From NCBI GenBank assembly GCA_028710695.1, contig JAQTTP010000001.1, positions 90,001 through 122,000 of the forward strand: DNA of 32,000 nt, in the 5' to 3' direction. The DNA comes from Candidatus Iainarchaeum sp. (lineage in GTDB: Archaea; Iainarchaeota; Iainarchaeia; Iainarchaeales; 0-14-0-20-30-16). Made by a program: the position numbers and the translations under genes. The notes beneath the pieces were generated by a model. That model had not been told where the DNA came from and made no database searches. It saw only the letters and a program-made list of their open reading frames with translations. Below, piece after piece: positions 1 through 7,963 of this stretch (its first letter is position 1; each line of letters starts with the position of its first letter).

Positions 1-2
1 TA

Positions 3-413
3 ACAAAAAATGAAATGCAATATTTGTATTTAAATAATGTGATAACAAAACAGATGGCAGATTATTTTATTTCTACTCCCGGTTGTGATTTTGATTTTGT
101 GGGATTCAAAGATTATCTAAACTCTAATGCTGCGTCTTTCTGCGAAAACTTTAGTAGCGAATTCTTTAAGTGCGATATTAAGGTAGTAACCGTATTTCAA
201 AAGTTTGGGTTAACAAATGTAACTCTTTCTATAAATAATTCTTTTGATAAAGGGGCAATCCACTTTACATATTCAAAAGAAATAACATTTTCAAAAATAT
301 TTGCCCCAACACAACTTACAATACCTATGCCAGATGGTACAGAACAAAAGACTTGTAATTATACAATAACTGATTTTGAATCCCAGTTAGTAGAAGCATC
401 AGGAACCAAATAA
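3..413 (+). CDS. Hypothetical protein, probably the C-terminal part of a gene truncated by the left window edge
   Basis: ORF track gives 15..413, but the frame stays open to the window edge with no stop upstream of codon 15 and no visible RBS. No recognised domain. Confidence 0.5.
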   Translation, partial: TKNEMQYLYLNNVITKQMADYFISTPGCDFDFVGFKDYLNSNAASFCENFSSEFFKCDIKVVTVFQKFGLTNVTLSINNSFDKGAIHFTYSKEITFSKIFAPTQLTIPMPDGTEQKTCNYTITDFESQLVEASGTK

Positions 414-1784
414 AGTAGTTTGCTTTGCTTTTTCGCGTGTAGGTGTCAAATCTTTTTCTGAGGCTTTTGCATTGTTGTTTTTTGTCTCCTCTTTTTGTTT
501 TTCTTTACCTTGTAGGTTGTCAAAGCCCATCTTGATTTTCTTTGTATTGATTTTGTTTGACTCCTTTTTATCATCTTTTTTGTCTTCTTTTGCAAGTAGT
601 TTAAATTTTATCTTTAACAGCTTCTCAAGGTTTTCTAATTCTAAATCTGTATACCTGCTTTGTAGGAACTCGGCATCAGCGCTTTCAAAATACTGTTTAT
701 AATATGGAATTTCATTTAAAATTCTTTTTGAGCTTCCCCGTATCAGTTTTTGCACTAACTTTGCAATTTCTTTGTTTTTTGAAAAGCTACTTCTTTCTTT
801 AGACATCCTTGAAATAAAAGTTGGAAAATTGAACTTTGCAAACTTTTTGTTCTTTAACATAAAAGGCGCAACAATGCCAGTCATTAAATAATATTTCAAG
901 AAAATCCAATTCTGTCTTTTGTAAATATAATTCCTCATCAAATCCGCATAGGACACAAGATCGTATGCTTTTTTTAGTTCAGGGTAACCATAAATATTAG
1001 AAATATTTTCATTAACCCATGCAAATTGCATATCATAATCTATATTGCAGGAATCTTGTATCCGCTTGCCTTCTGTTAGAGACTTTGATCTTTGTAAATT
1101 CATCAATGTCGAAAATATATTATCTGTTTTCTCTCTTTCCCCCAATATTGCAACAGTTTTTTCTGTTACTCCAATATCAGCCAATGCTTCTAAATCCAAA
1201 ATTGCAGAACGTATATCTCCTTTTGCGTTTTTTGCAATCATTTCTAAAGCGTTCTCAGAAAAATAAATGTCTTCTTTTGCAATAATGTCTTTTAGTTTTT
1301 TCTGTATTTCTAAATAAGTTAATTTCTTTAGATTCACTACGACACAATAATTTACTACGTCTCTGATCTTCTGATTAGAATAAACATCCGTTGCGGTGAA
1401 TATAACTGGATTTTTTGCAACCTTTATTATTTCTAGAATTTTAGAACTTGCTCCACTGTCTTTTACTGGCAAGAAATCTAGATCTTCAAAAATGAAAAGG
1501 TTTCTTTTATTAAAAAATGAGTTTGACTGAACAAATAATTCCATTCTTTTTTCCAGAGATTCTTTGTCTCTCTGTTCATCAGGGCTGATTTCGTTTATTT
1601 GCCAATTTTTTTCATAAGAAACAACTCTGGCAATAGTGCTTTTCCCAACCCCTGTGCCACCTACAAGCAAAAGTGGTTTACGTTCTTTGTCGAAGTTTTC
1701 AGCCCAGGCTTTTACATCAGCAATGGCTTGTTTGTTTCCTACAAACCCTTCGTAGCCCTGTGGCTCGTATTTATCTAAGAACAT
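399..1784 (-). CDS. rfcL: Replication factor C large subunit (clamp loader AAA+ ATPase)
   Basis: MFLDKYEPQGYEGFVGNKQAI..W start, Walker A GGTGVGKST, Walker B-like NLFIFEDLD, GDIRSAILDLEAL sensor-2 region, Lys/Glu-rich tail ending KQTTLFGS (PIP-box-like). Confidence 0.9.
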   Translation of the reverse strand: MFLDKYEPQGYEGFVGNKQAIADVKAWAENFDKERKPLLLVGGTGVGKSTIARVVSYEKNWQINEISPDEQRDKESLEKRMELFVQSNSFFNKRNLFIFEDLDFLPVKDSGASSKILEIIKVAKNPVIFTATDVYSNQKIRDVVNYCVVVNLKKLTYLEIQKKLKDIIAKEDIYFSENALEMIAKNAKGDIRSAILDLEALADIGVTEKTVAILGEREKTDNIFSTLMNLQRSKSLTEGKRIQDSCNIDYDMQFAWVNENISNIYGYPELKKAYDLVSYADLMRNYIYKRQNWIFLKYYLMTGIVAPFMLKNKKFAKFNFPTFISRMSKERSSFSKNKEIAKLVQKLIRGSSKRILNEIPYYKQYFESADAEFLQSRYTDLELENLEKLLKIKFKLLAKEDKKDDKKESNKINTKKIKMGFDNLQGKEKQKEETKNNNAKASEKDLTPTREKAKQTTLFGS

Positions 1785-1852
1785 ATATATTCTTGTCTCA
1801 GATTAACCTTAAATAAATATGGGGAGGTATTCTAACCCCCAGAATTAGATAA

Positions 1853-2125
1853 TTATTGGGTATTTTTTTCCTTTTCGAATTGAGTTTCCATTGCTTTTTC
1901 AACTTCTCTTACGAATTCAGGCTCTTTATCTGATGCTTTTTCTAAATGTTTATCCTCTAATTTATTGTGTACATAAAAATAAGCAGTTATTATTGCATCT
2001 AAATCCAATTTTCTTTTATATCCCAATCTTGCAATCTGTTCAAAGTATAATTTAACTATATTATATGCAACTATTTCCCTACTAACTTTTTCATTGCCAA
2101 TTACTTTACCAAAATCTAAGTCCAT
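1853..2125 (-). CDS. Hypothetical small protein
   Basis: ORF track 1853..2161. Likely start is the internal ATG of MDLDFGKVIGNEKVSREIVAYN. No recognised domain. Confidence 0.5.
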   Translation of the reverse strand: MDLDFGKVIGNEKVSREIVAYNIVKLYFEQIARLGYKRKLDLDAIITAYFYVHNKLEDKHLEKASDKEPEFVREVEKAMETQFEKEKNTQ

Positions 2126-2262
2126 TTTTAGGCCCCCAAATATAATATTGCTATATAACAATAAAAAAAGGTATTTAAATACTTTTCTAGGATTTTACCT
2201 AAAAATAACAGAAACTTATAAAAATAAGTATTCCTTATATATTTAGAAAATCAGGTGTTGTA

Positions 2263-2442
2263 ATGATCAAATTCCTCAAAGATGTAAAAGGACAAGCATC
2301 AATAGAGATTCTTATTGGGGTAGTAATAGTAATTGTTATTGCAACGCTAGTTGGGTTATTTTTGAAAAAAAGCCTGACAAAACCGCAAGAACAGGGTGCG
2401 GATTTAATAGACAAAGTTTCTGAAGATATTGGGGGTAAGTAA
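2263..2442 (+). CDS. Class III signal peptide (type IV pilin-like) protein, 59 aa, absent from the ORF track
   Basis: Hand translation: MIKFLKDVKGQASIEILIGVVIVIVIATLVGLFLKKSLTKPQEQGADLIDKVSEDIGGK*. KGQxSxE motif followed by a hydrophobic helix. Ends 1 nt before the next ATG. Confidence 0.85.
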   Translation: MIKFLKDVKGQASIEILIGVVIVIVIATLVGLFLKKSLTKPQEQGADLIDKVSEDIGGK

Positions 2443-2443
2443 T

Positions 2444-2641
2444 ATGTTCAAATTTTTAAAGGATAAGAAAGGTCAAGGTGCTTTAGAGTACATTTTAATC
2501 ATAGGTGCAGCAGTTCTAATTGCAGCAATAGTAATTGCAATTCTTGTAAGTGCCGGCCGATCAGGAAAAGACGATGCAAATAGTGCATTAAGCGAACAAC
2601 AAAAAGATTTTAACGAATTAAAAAATATTGCAAATGAGTGA
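2444..2641 (+). CDS. Class III signal peptide (type IV pilin-like) protein
   Basis: MFKFLKDKKGQGALEYILIIGAAVLIAAIVI. KGQGALEY prepilin motif. Start refined from 2429 to 2444. Confidence 0.88.
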   Translation: MFKFLKDKKGQGALEYILIIGAAVLIAAIVIAILVSAGRSGKDDANSALSEQQKDFNELKNIANE

Positions 2642-2646
2642 TATCT

Positions 2647-2841
2647 ATGAGTTTTCTTAAAGATACAAAAGGACAAGGTGCTCTTGAGTACCTTTTAATT
2701 ATTGGTGCGGCAATTCTTTTGGCAGCAATAGTAATTGGGGTTTTAATAAAAACATCCGGCAACGCAAAAGATGACATAAACGACACCCAGCAAGTATATG
2801 ATGACCAAATAAATAAGGCGAAGACAGATTTTAATTTGTAA
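2647..2841 (+). CDS. Class III signal peptide (type IV pilin-like) protein
   Basis: MSFLKDTKGQGALEYLLIIGAAILLAAIVIGVL, a close paralog of the preceding ORF. Start refined to ATG 2647. Confidence 0.87.
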   Translation: MSFLKDTKGQGALEYLLIIGAAILLAAIVIGVLIKTSGNAKDDINDTQQVYDDQINKAKTDFNL

Positions 2842-2851
2842 AGGCGAAGAC

Positions 2852-3034
2852 ATGAAATTTATAAGTGATAAGAAGGGACAGATCTCCTTTGAGTACCTTC
2901 TTACTATTGTTTTTGCTGTTCTTCTTGTAATTGCAGTAACATTATTTGTTCTTCAGCTGAGGAAAATAGGCCAAGTTGCCCAGACAAAGATAGAGAATTA
3001 TAAGATTGAGTTCTTTAAGAAAACCTTCGAATAG
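2852..3034 (+). CDS. Class III signal peptide (type IV pilin-like) protein
   Basis: MKFISDKKGQISFEYLLTIVFAVLLVIAVTLF. KGQxSFEY motif. Confidence 0.85.
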   Translation: MKFISDKKGQISFEYLLTIVFAVLLVIAVTLFVLQLRKIGQVAQTKIENYKIEFFKKTFE

Positions 3035-3064
3035 TTTTTTATTCTCTCTTTTTCTATTTCTATT

Positions 3065-4141
3065 ATGTTTTTGGATCTTGTATTTTCCTATTTGCCATAC
3101 ATTTTAGTATTTATTGCCTTGGCAATTGGATCTTATACTGATTTAAAGACAAGAGACCTACATAATTGGCTTACCTTTGGGCTGATTATACTTGGAATCT
3201 TATTTTGGATTGCTAAAAGTATCTATGTTGGACAGTTTTTGTATTGGCCTTTGCTTATTGGCTTGATTACCTTTTTTGTATGCTACTTGCTTTGGTATTT
3301 TGCAGTATTTGCTGGCGGAGATGCAAAACTTATTGCAGGCGTTGCATTTTGTATCCCTTATCAGGATTTTTCAATCTTTTTTAACGGCGGAATAAACCCA
3401 TATTTTATTCCCTTATTTTTTGTTCTTGGTGTCTTTATAGTATTCCCTTTGGGCTTTTTCTTGGCTCTAAAGAGAATAATTGTAAATAAGCATTACAAAA
3501 TAATTCTGCGTGACCTAGTCAAGAAGCTCCCGGGATACTTAGAAGTTGCAGTTACTCTTGTTGGTTTGTATTATATATTTTCTTTATTGCACATCCCTAC
3601 AATTTTTGCCCTGTTGTCTTTCTTATTATTCAAAATAAATTGGAAGATACGTTTGCCAATAGCAATAATTGTTTTTGCAATATCGATTTATTTGAATCCT
3701 TTACGCCTGGTAGATGTTTTGATTTATGTCCTGATTTCAGTAATCTTCTTTTCTTTTATAAAGTTGTTTGGATTTGTAAGGTCTAAAGAGTTTGCAGATT
3801 TGAAGAAAGTAAGTAAGCTAAAGGAAGGAGACATACTTTATAGTTCAATTTACATAAAGGATAATGCCCTTGTAAAAAAACCAACAATAAAAGATATGTT
3901 TAAAAATATCAAAAATAAAGATATATTGCAAAAAACATTTGAATCTATGAAGAGCAAGAATTATGATACAGTAATTCAAACAAGGCCTGCTGGGCTTTAT
4001 AACGAAGAAATAGTAGTGTTGAAAAAATTACAAAAAGACAAGGTAATTCCTGCAGAGATTTATGTGAAACAGAGCGTTCCTTTAACACCTGCTTTGTTTT
4101 TAAGTTATATTGTGTTATTATTTATCGGTGGATTATTATGA
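3065..4141 (+). CDS. A24 family type IV prepilin peptidase with archaeal C-terminal extension
   Basis: Multi-TM protein with the two aspartyl sites SYTDLKTRDLHNW and AGGDAKLIAG, plus a ~100-aa soluble C-terminal region (SKLKEGDILYSSIYI...VPLTP) ending in a last TM, like the archaeal PepC type II C-terminal domain. Confidence 0.88.
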   Translation: MFLDLVFSYLPYILVFIALAIGSYTDLKTRDLHNWLTFGLIILGILFWIAKSIYVGQFLYWPLLIGLITFFVCYLLWYFAVFAGGDAKLIAGVAFCIPYQDFSIFFNGGINPYFIPLFFVLGVFIVFPLGFFLALKRIIVNKHYKIILRDLVKKLPGYLEVAVTLVGLYYIFSLLHIPTIFALLSFLLFKINWKIRLPIAIIVFAISIYLNPLRLVDVLIYVLISVIFFSFIKLFGFVRSKEFADLKKVSKLKEGDILYSSIYIKDNALVKKPTIKDMFKNIKNKDILQKTFESMKSKNYDTVIQTRPAGLYNEEIVVLKKLQKDKVIPAEIYVKQSVPLTPALFLSYIVLLFIGGLL

Positions 4142-4602
4142 TGTTAGGAAAAGGCCGGGGACAAATGACAATAGAATTCATTCTAATTGTGGTAGTAATT
4201 TTGATTTTACTACAAACCATAATTGTACCATTCACGGATTATGCAAAAGATTCTGTAACAGATATTTCATCCTTATCTTATGTTGACCAATCTGCAGATA
4301 ATCTGAAGCAGTCAATTGAGTTTGTAACTATGAATGAATCAATGGCAAAAACCCAAGTTACTGTGTTTATCCCGGAAGATGCAAACTTAGTTCTTTCTGC
4401 GGATGCAATATCTTATTTTATTGAATTAAAAGATGCGCCAAAGAATTCTAATTGCAATAATGACGGCCTATGTACAAAAACAATATACTTACAAAAAGGA
4501 ATTTCTAATAGCGATGATCTAATATTACCTGGAAAAAAAGAATATTCATTAAATATCTTCAAAGAGCCCGGTGGAAAAACATATGTTGAACTTTTGCAAT
4601 AA
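4138..4602 (+). CDS. Class III signal peptide protein (larger pilin-like)
   Basis: MMLGKGRGQMTIEFILIVVVILILLQTIIVPF. RGQMTIEF prepilin motif, overlaps the peptidase stop codon. Confidence 0.82.
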   Translation: MMLGKGRGQMTIEFILIVVVILILLQTIIVPFTDYAKDSVTDISSLSYVDQSADNLKQSIEFVTMNESMAKTQVTVFIPEDANLVLSADAISYFIELKDAPKNSNCNNDGLCTKTIYLQKGISNSDDLILPGKKEYSLNIFKEPGGKTYVELLQ

Positions 4603-4936
4603 GAGCAAGTTGAATAACAAAGGCCAATCCAGTTTTGAAATTCTTTTTGTTACAATTATAGTAATCTTGCTTGCGGGTATATTGTACTATTTCACCTTAG
4701 GAAATACAAAAGAGATAAGCAATATAGGAGTAATAAAAACAGAGGTAGAATCCTTTTTCGTTGAAAACAGTCAACAGATAACTATCTCAAACATAGATCT
4801 AATGGAAAGTGGAAATCTAATTCAAGCAAAAATCAAGTTATCAAAAACATACGAGTTCTCAGAGACACAAATAGAATTATTGAAATCAAAAATAAAAGAG
4901 AAAATAAAGAAAGATGTAGAGTTTATTTTCTACTAA
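4583..4936 (+). CDS. Class III signal peptide protein (larger pilin-like)
   Basis: NNKGQSSFEILFVTIIVILLAGILYYF. KGQSSFE motif. Start uncertain (GTG 4571, ATG 4583 or TTG 4610), overlaps the upstream gene in two of the three. Confidence 0.8.
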   Translation: MLNFCNKSKLNNKGQSSFEILFVTIIVILLAGILYYFTLGNTKEISNIGVIKTEVESFFVENSQQITISNIDLMESGNLIQAKIKLSKTYEFSETQIELLKSKIKEKIKKDVEFIFY

Positions 4937-4969
4937 AGGTTTTTAAACAAATCTTCCTTTTGTTTAACT

Positions 4970-5488
4970 ATGAAAAGAAATATTATTATTTATTGCATAA
5001 TTATTGTAATCATATTGGCAATTGCAATTTGGGCAATAGTGGATTATTCAACTTCAACCAAATTGAAAGACCTTGACTTAAACATGACTACTGAAGAACA
5101 GTTTAATTCAAACATTGCTCTGTGTAATAAAATGTCTTCTGAAAAAAATACTTGTCTTGAAACAGTAGTTTTTACTTATTTGGATTATTTGCATAACAAA
5201 GCTATCTGCCCTGAGTCAACTGTTTGTGAGCCTTTGGGGGCAGCAGGTTTAACAGACGCAAAATCCAAATGTATGGAAGAAATGTGCGTTGCTTATGATG
5301 ATGTTGATTGTATAAAAGGAGACGTAAAATTAAGTGAAACTAATGTAATAACAGTTTGTATAAATGGGCAATATGTTAGTACTTGTGATGATAACGACAC
5401 CTACATTGATTCAGACGGTTATGAATTGCGGTGTGATAATGGACATTGGAGTGATGCGCACCCATTACAAAAAGAAAACCCCGCATAA
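4970..5488 (+). CDS. Hypothetical secreted or membrane-anchored Cys-containing protein
   Basis: N-terminal TM MKRNIIIYCIIIVIILAIAIWAIV, then a Cys-rich Asp-rich domain (CDDNDTYIDSDGYELRCDNGHW). Confidence 0.65.
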   Translation: MKRNIIIYCIIIVIILAIAIWAIVDYSTSTKLKDLDLNMTTEEQFNSNIALCNKMSSEKNTCLETVVFTYLDYLHNKAICPESTVCEPLGAAGLTDAKSKCMEEMCVAYDDVDCIKGDVKLSETNVITVCINGQYVSTCDDNDTYIDSDGYELRCDNGHWSDAHPLQKENPA

Positions 5489-5516
5489 AAACAACAAACC
5501 ACCTTTAAATGCATTT

Positions 5517-5553
5517 GTATACTTATTTAAAGATTAGTATACTTATTTATATA
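5517..5553 (+). promoter_or_regulatory. Putative archaeal promoter: 13-bp direct repeat overlapping a TATA-like box
   Basis: GTATACTTATTTA at 5517-5529 and 5537-5549. The second copy runs into TTTATATA (5546-5553), ~23 nt before ATG 5576, consistent with a leaderless transcript. Confidence 0.5.
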
Positions 5554-5575
5554 ACTTATTTGTGAGTTGGGTTAT

Positions 5576-7963
5576 ATGAATAAAGGCTATTTTGGCATTG
5601 CTCTTATTGTTCTTGTTGTTGTTGGAATTTTTGCTTTCGGATTTTTGAGTTCTTTTACTGCAAAAGATTCTTATTTGTTTATTCCAGTGGTTGACCATAA
5701 CAAACTGAAAGAAGTTGCAAAAAATAACACAATCACAGGCAGATTACCGGCTGATTTAGTTACTTCTAAGAACTGTCAATCTTTAGAAATGCAACTCCTT
5801 TCAAGTCATAAATTTGTTTGTAAGGATTTTGATGAGTCTGTGTTAAAAAAGGGTACAGTTACTGGATATGCAAAAGAAAGTTTTACATACTTGCCATACG
5901 GTTCTTCCCAAAAAGTAGATGTAAATGTTGGCTGTGAACAAAAAACAGATTATTGTAAAAGCCCAGAAATTCTTTATGAAGCATATTGTAAAAAAATATA
6001 TGCCGACTCAAAAAAATCAGGTGATGTATATTTAGAATATTGGCCAGATTACAAAGTAGTTGATTGTAATGACCAAGGCCCAGGATACGTTTGTAAAAGT
6101 GGTGCTTGTGTTGATGTAAGTAACATTTGTGGAAACTCAATAATAGACCAAAATGAAAGTTGTGATGATGGAAATAATAAAAACGGGGATGGCTGCAGTT
6201 CAAAATGTTTATTAGAAGCCGCCCCCGATTTAATTGTAAGTAAAATTTACAAAGAACCATATAGTGAAGACTGTGTAAATTCAGTTCATTTTGAAATATG
6301 TAATGTTGGCAACTTGCCAGTATTAGGAGATTTTAATATCCTTGTTAAAGTTGAAGACAAAAATACAAAAATAACTTATTCTGCAGGACAATATGACGGA
6401 TTTGAAGACGGGTGTGTGCATATAACTGATTCCATAATGTTATCATATGGCTTATTTGGTTTAGGCCTTAATGAAAACCCAACAGTAGAAATAATGGTGG
6501 ATATAAGTAACAACATTGCAGAAACAAATGAACAGAACAATAGTTTATCCCAAGAAACAGAAACCGGAACTAAGTACCTTGCTGATGGAAATATATGTGA
6601 GGAAACCTGTACAGACTCCGATGACTATTTGGGTGAAGATAGTGTTTATGTTAAATCCTTATTATTTGGAATGGATAGTGGTGGTGATTATAAAGATTAT
6701 GATTATTGCGGATCATCTGGTGCTTATTTAGAGGAACTAATTTGTATCCCTTCCGAAAAAGGAAAGAAGGGCACGACAGAAGAATATCCTTGTTTTTTGT
6801 TTAATCAAATATGTGAAGATGGTAAATGTGTAGACGCACCCGGATTTTCTTTTTCTTGTGATGAACAAGGAGACACAGGATTTGACTGGGATAAGAAAGG
6901 GAAAATAATTTACATAGATTCTTCTGGAAAAAATAAAGAAAGCGAAGATTATTGTTATAATGAAAATGTTGAAGAAAAATTAATGTATGGTACAAAGGTG
7001 CATGAATTTTTATGTGCTGGGCCCATAGCACATAACAGTAATAAAAATTGTATTTGTTATGATGGCGCTTGTGTAGGGAGTCAAGAAGATTTATGTGATT
7101 CTGACCTTAAAAAATCTTGTTCTAAAGATGATATTAATTATTATGAGAAAGGCACTGCGAAGCAAACCTTAAAGCTTTATTGTGATCTGCCTGTGTTGGG
7201 GAACACAAAGGTTGAAGAAAATTCAGCTGAATTTGAGGATTATTGTGAACTGAATGAAAATGGATCTTCTTGTGACCCAAGTATTCCAGAATATTTGAAC
7301 CCTAATTGTTATACTTATGGCCCAATCTTAAAAGAATTAAGTTGTAATTCTGAGGGGGAAGTAGATTATTTGAATTATAACTGTGCTTCAGAAGGAAAAA
7401 CTTGTGTGAATGGCGCTTGTATTGAAGTTGGCGCTGATCCAGAAGAATGTGTAGATAACGATGGAATAAATTATTTTTCTCAAAGTTATATCTGGTCAAA
7501 AATTTCAATTGGTTGGGAAAATAATTGGTGGGATACTTGTTTAGATGATAACACCTTATTGGAATATGCTTGTGATGGAAATAAAGCAAAATATGAAAAG
7601 TATGATTGTTCAACTATAAACAAAGTTTGTAACAATGGCAAATGTATAACTCCTGCCGGTCAAAGCGGGAGTGAAGTAGAAGAGCTGGATGGTACAAAAG
7701 ACAATGGAATCTATACTGTCAATGGCAAAGATTATTCTTTATCAGAACAATTTTGTATCCCTTCTGACAAAAAAATAGAATATTGTGATGGGCAGGGAAA
7801 TGTGTTTGCATCTTCAGATTCTTGTGTAAATGATATTGGTGGAAAAGTAGAGAGTTCAAATTATTTGGTGAGTTGGTCTTGTGATGTTGACAAGCCAAAA
7901 ACAAGCCTAACAAATTGTAATTCTAATGGTGGTCATTGTGAAATTAATGAATGTGTCAAGTAA
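5576..7963 (+). CDS. Giant Cys-rich surface protein 1 (DUF4215-type Cys-rich repeat, CARDB-like domain, multiple short Cys repeats)
   Basis: N-terminal TM (NKGYFGIALIVLVVVGIFAFGF); CGNSIIDQNESCDDGNNKNGDGCSSKC; CARDB-like PDLIVSKIYKEPYSEDCVNSVHFEICNVGN...NNIAETNEQNNSLSQ; repeated LxYxCDG..A.YE.YDC....KVCNNGKC units. Start refined from TTG 5567 to ATG 5576. Confidence 0.8.
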   Translation: MNKGYFGIALIVLVVVGIFAFGFLSSFTAKDSYLFIPVVDHNKLKEVAKNNTITGRLPADLVTSKNCQSLEMQLLSSHKFVCKDFDESVLKKGTVTGYAKESFTYLPYGSSQKVDVNVGCEQKTDYCKSPEILYEAYCKKIYADSKKSGDVYLEYWPDYKVVDCNDQGPGYVCKSGACVDVSNICGNSIIDQNESCDDGNNKNGDGCSSKCLLEAAPDLIVSKIYKEPYSEDCVNSVHFEICNVGNLPVLGDFNILVKVEDKNTKITYSAGQYDGFEDGCVHITDSIMLSYGLFGLGLNENPTVEIMVDISNNIAETNEQNNSLSQETETGTKYLADGNICEETCTDSDDYLGEDSVYVKSLLFGMDSGGDYKDYDYCGSSGAYLEELICIPSEKGKKGTTEEYPCFLFNQICEDGKCVDAPGFSFSCDEQGDTGFDWDKKGKIIYIDSSGKNKESEDYCYNENVEEKLMYGTKVHEFLCAGPIAHNSNKNCICYDGACVGSQEDLCDSDLKKSCSKDDINYYEKGTAKQTLKLYCDLPVLGNTKVEENSAEFEDYCELNENGSSCDPSIPEYLNPNCYTYGPILKELSCNSEGEVDYLNYNCASEGKTCVNGACIEVGADPEECVDNDGINYFSQSYIWSKISIGWENNWWDTCLDDNTLLEYACDGNKAKYEKYDCSTINKVCNNGKCITPAGQSGSEVEELDGTKDNGIYTVNGKDYSLSEQFCIPSDKKIEYCDGQGNVFASSDSCVNDIGGKVESSNYLVSWSCDVDKPKTSLTNCNSNGGHCEINECVK

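Noticed and set aside
2429-2443. ORF-track start (MGVSNMFKFL) for the second pilin
   Set aside because: It would overlap the 59-aa gene ending at 2442; the ATG at 2444 gives the same short N-terminus (MFKFLKDKKGQ) as the paralogs.
5883-7913. Minus-strand ORFs within giant protein 1 (5883..6260, 6801..7031, 7302..7613, 7719..7913)
   Set aside because: His/Leu/Asn-rich shadow translations opposite a long coherent Cys-rich ORF.
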